A stretch of 64,000 nt of DNA from Laetmonice hystrix (lineage: Eukaryota), in contig OZ249442.1 in the NCBI GenBank assembly GCA_965235115.1, forward strand, positions 6,882,001-6,946,000, read 5' to 3'. Made by a program: the position numbers and the translations under genes. Below the pieces are notes generated by a model. It searched no databases and was not told where the DNA came from. It saw only the letters and a list, made by a program, of their open reading frames with translations. Shown piece by piece: positions 62,455-64,000 of the stretch (positions within the stretch are counted from its first letter, which is position 1; each line of letters begins with the position of its first letter).

Positions 62455-63880
62455 GAACATATTGTGGTGTGCCAACTGGAATTATTGTCAGTATTTGGAT
62501 GTTTACAATAACTGATCAGTCTATGTTAAAGATAAGTATGTAAGTTAATGGCACCTCTCAGTGTGACTGCGCACGTCCTAAGGTAATTGTGAGAGTATTC
62601 TGTCTGGCCAGCAGATATCTCTCAATGATCGGGTTATTAGCTCGTCTAGAGTCAGTCTCTCGGGCATATTTACAGTTAGAAGTACGGACAATTAGACGGT
62701 ATGCATTTTGTTGTATCCTGGAGGACGTGCGATCTTTGGGCCCACTGTGAGCGCCATTACATTCAATGAATCTACTGTCCGGGTGACATTTATTATCAGG
62801 AGCCTGTACGGTGTCAGGATTGTTTTCAAATGAAAAGTTTAGAGACACTAGTTTAATTACGAGGAAAGTTTCACTAAGCCAATATCCTTATTTTTCTCTC
62901 TCGGAATTACGGAATCTTTGGGAACCGGAAATGCCGGATTTGCTACGTTTGACATACTACGACTTTATCTTATGTTCAATTGAAAACAAAAAATCTTCTG
63001 AACAAATTTGTGTTGTGAGATTTATAACATACATGTAATTATAACCTGTTTGCATGAACCTATCTCCTATACTATAAGTACGTAATTATTAGCATAGTTA
63101 TTTATTCCAATTGTCATTTACATTGCCATTTTCATCAATTTTCAAAAAGTGAGTTTTGCGCGCACAAAAACCTTATTAATTTTAGATCCCAATTGCTAGG
63201 GATATAAATGGGCAAGATTGGCCCAGTGGTCGCAAGGTGCCCCTTCAGTATTTGATCTCGTCAAAAGATTGAAGGCGCATGCATGGCATTAAATGAAACG
63301 TGCGTCGTTTCCTTCTAGAAACCCATAAATTTGAGTTAAAATGAGTTCCAGAGAAAACTATCCTATTTATGGTTGACGTCTGCGAGATCTTACATGGTTG
63401 ATGTAAGAGAACCCCCTTGATCTCGTTACTGGTTGATGGTTCTTGCCGGAATATGTAATGAGCACGGTTTAATTACTACCGAGCCTCGGTCGGGGGTTGT
63501 CCGGCAGAGGGCGTGAGTCATACAAGTGGGTCAGCCAGTTCTCCTGTCTATGACGAGCGACAATGACCTCGAGTAGCAGCTGTGTTTCAGATTAAACATT
63601 AGTAGTGTAATTAAGATTATCACAATCAATCTGCAGTTGCTAATCTGTGTTTGGATTAGCGTGTAGAAAGGAGTGCTTTCCAGAGTCAGGAAGCCGAAGG
63701 GAAGTACATCAGTATCCTTCCAGTATAACCGGCGCTGATCAAGTAACATTGTTAACTAGCAGGTGGTTAAAAAACCTGTCAATTCAATGGACTTTGTGGT
63801 TGGCCCCCACCTGCTTCATGCATGCTGAAATCCGACATTTACATTGTGTCTGTGAGATAGCAGTCTTGTGACATTCACTG

Positions 63881-64000
63881 TTTCCGCTCTAACTTGTGAC
63901 GATTGTCGTTTAGTTGTCAGAGATTCCGTCTTTCTGCTGTAACTTGTGACGATTGTAGTTTAGTTGTCAGAGATTCCGTCTTTCCGCTGTAACTTGTGAC
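63881..64000. repeat. 50-bp tandem repeat, truncated by window end
   Basis: AACTTGTGAC recurs at 63891, 63941, 63991. Confidence 0.85.

Overview
Eukaryotic (probably invertebrate metazoan; inference) scaffold with two N-gaps. About half of the window (~31 kb, hand estimate) consists of ~28 tandem-repeat arrays with apparently unrelated units of 14-74 bp. These explain nearly all long ORFs in the six-frame track, which are not credible genes. Several short non-autonomous DNA transposons (MITEs) are present, two with clean TIR+TSD signatures (Zator-like, Sola2-like). The only convincing protein-coding locus is a probably full-length ~5.8 kb CR1-group (L2/Crack/Daphne-like) non-LTR retrotransposon on the minus strand (~34592-40430). 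Its architecture is the main discovery. An L1-type ORF1 (coiled coil + RRM + CTD) is fused in frame to a complete NADAR (YbiA/DUF1768) ADP-ribosyl/N-glycosidase domain with the acidic catalytic motif retained. One nucleotide after its stop (TAA-G-ATG) comes a separate SGNH esterase ORF, disrupted in this copy. A spacer with three conserved stem-loop motifs follows, then an intact APE-RT ORF2, a 3' stem-loop and an AATAAA-poly(A) tail. No host gene could be established. All domain calls are by-eye motif recognition; no searches were run.
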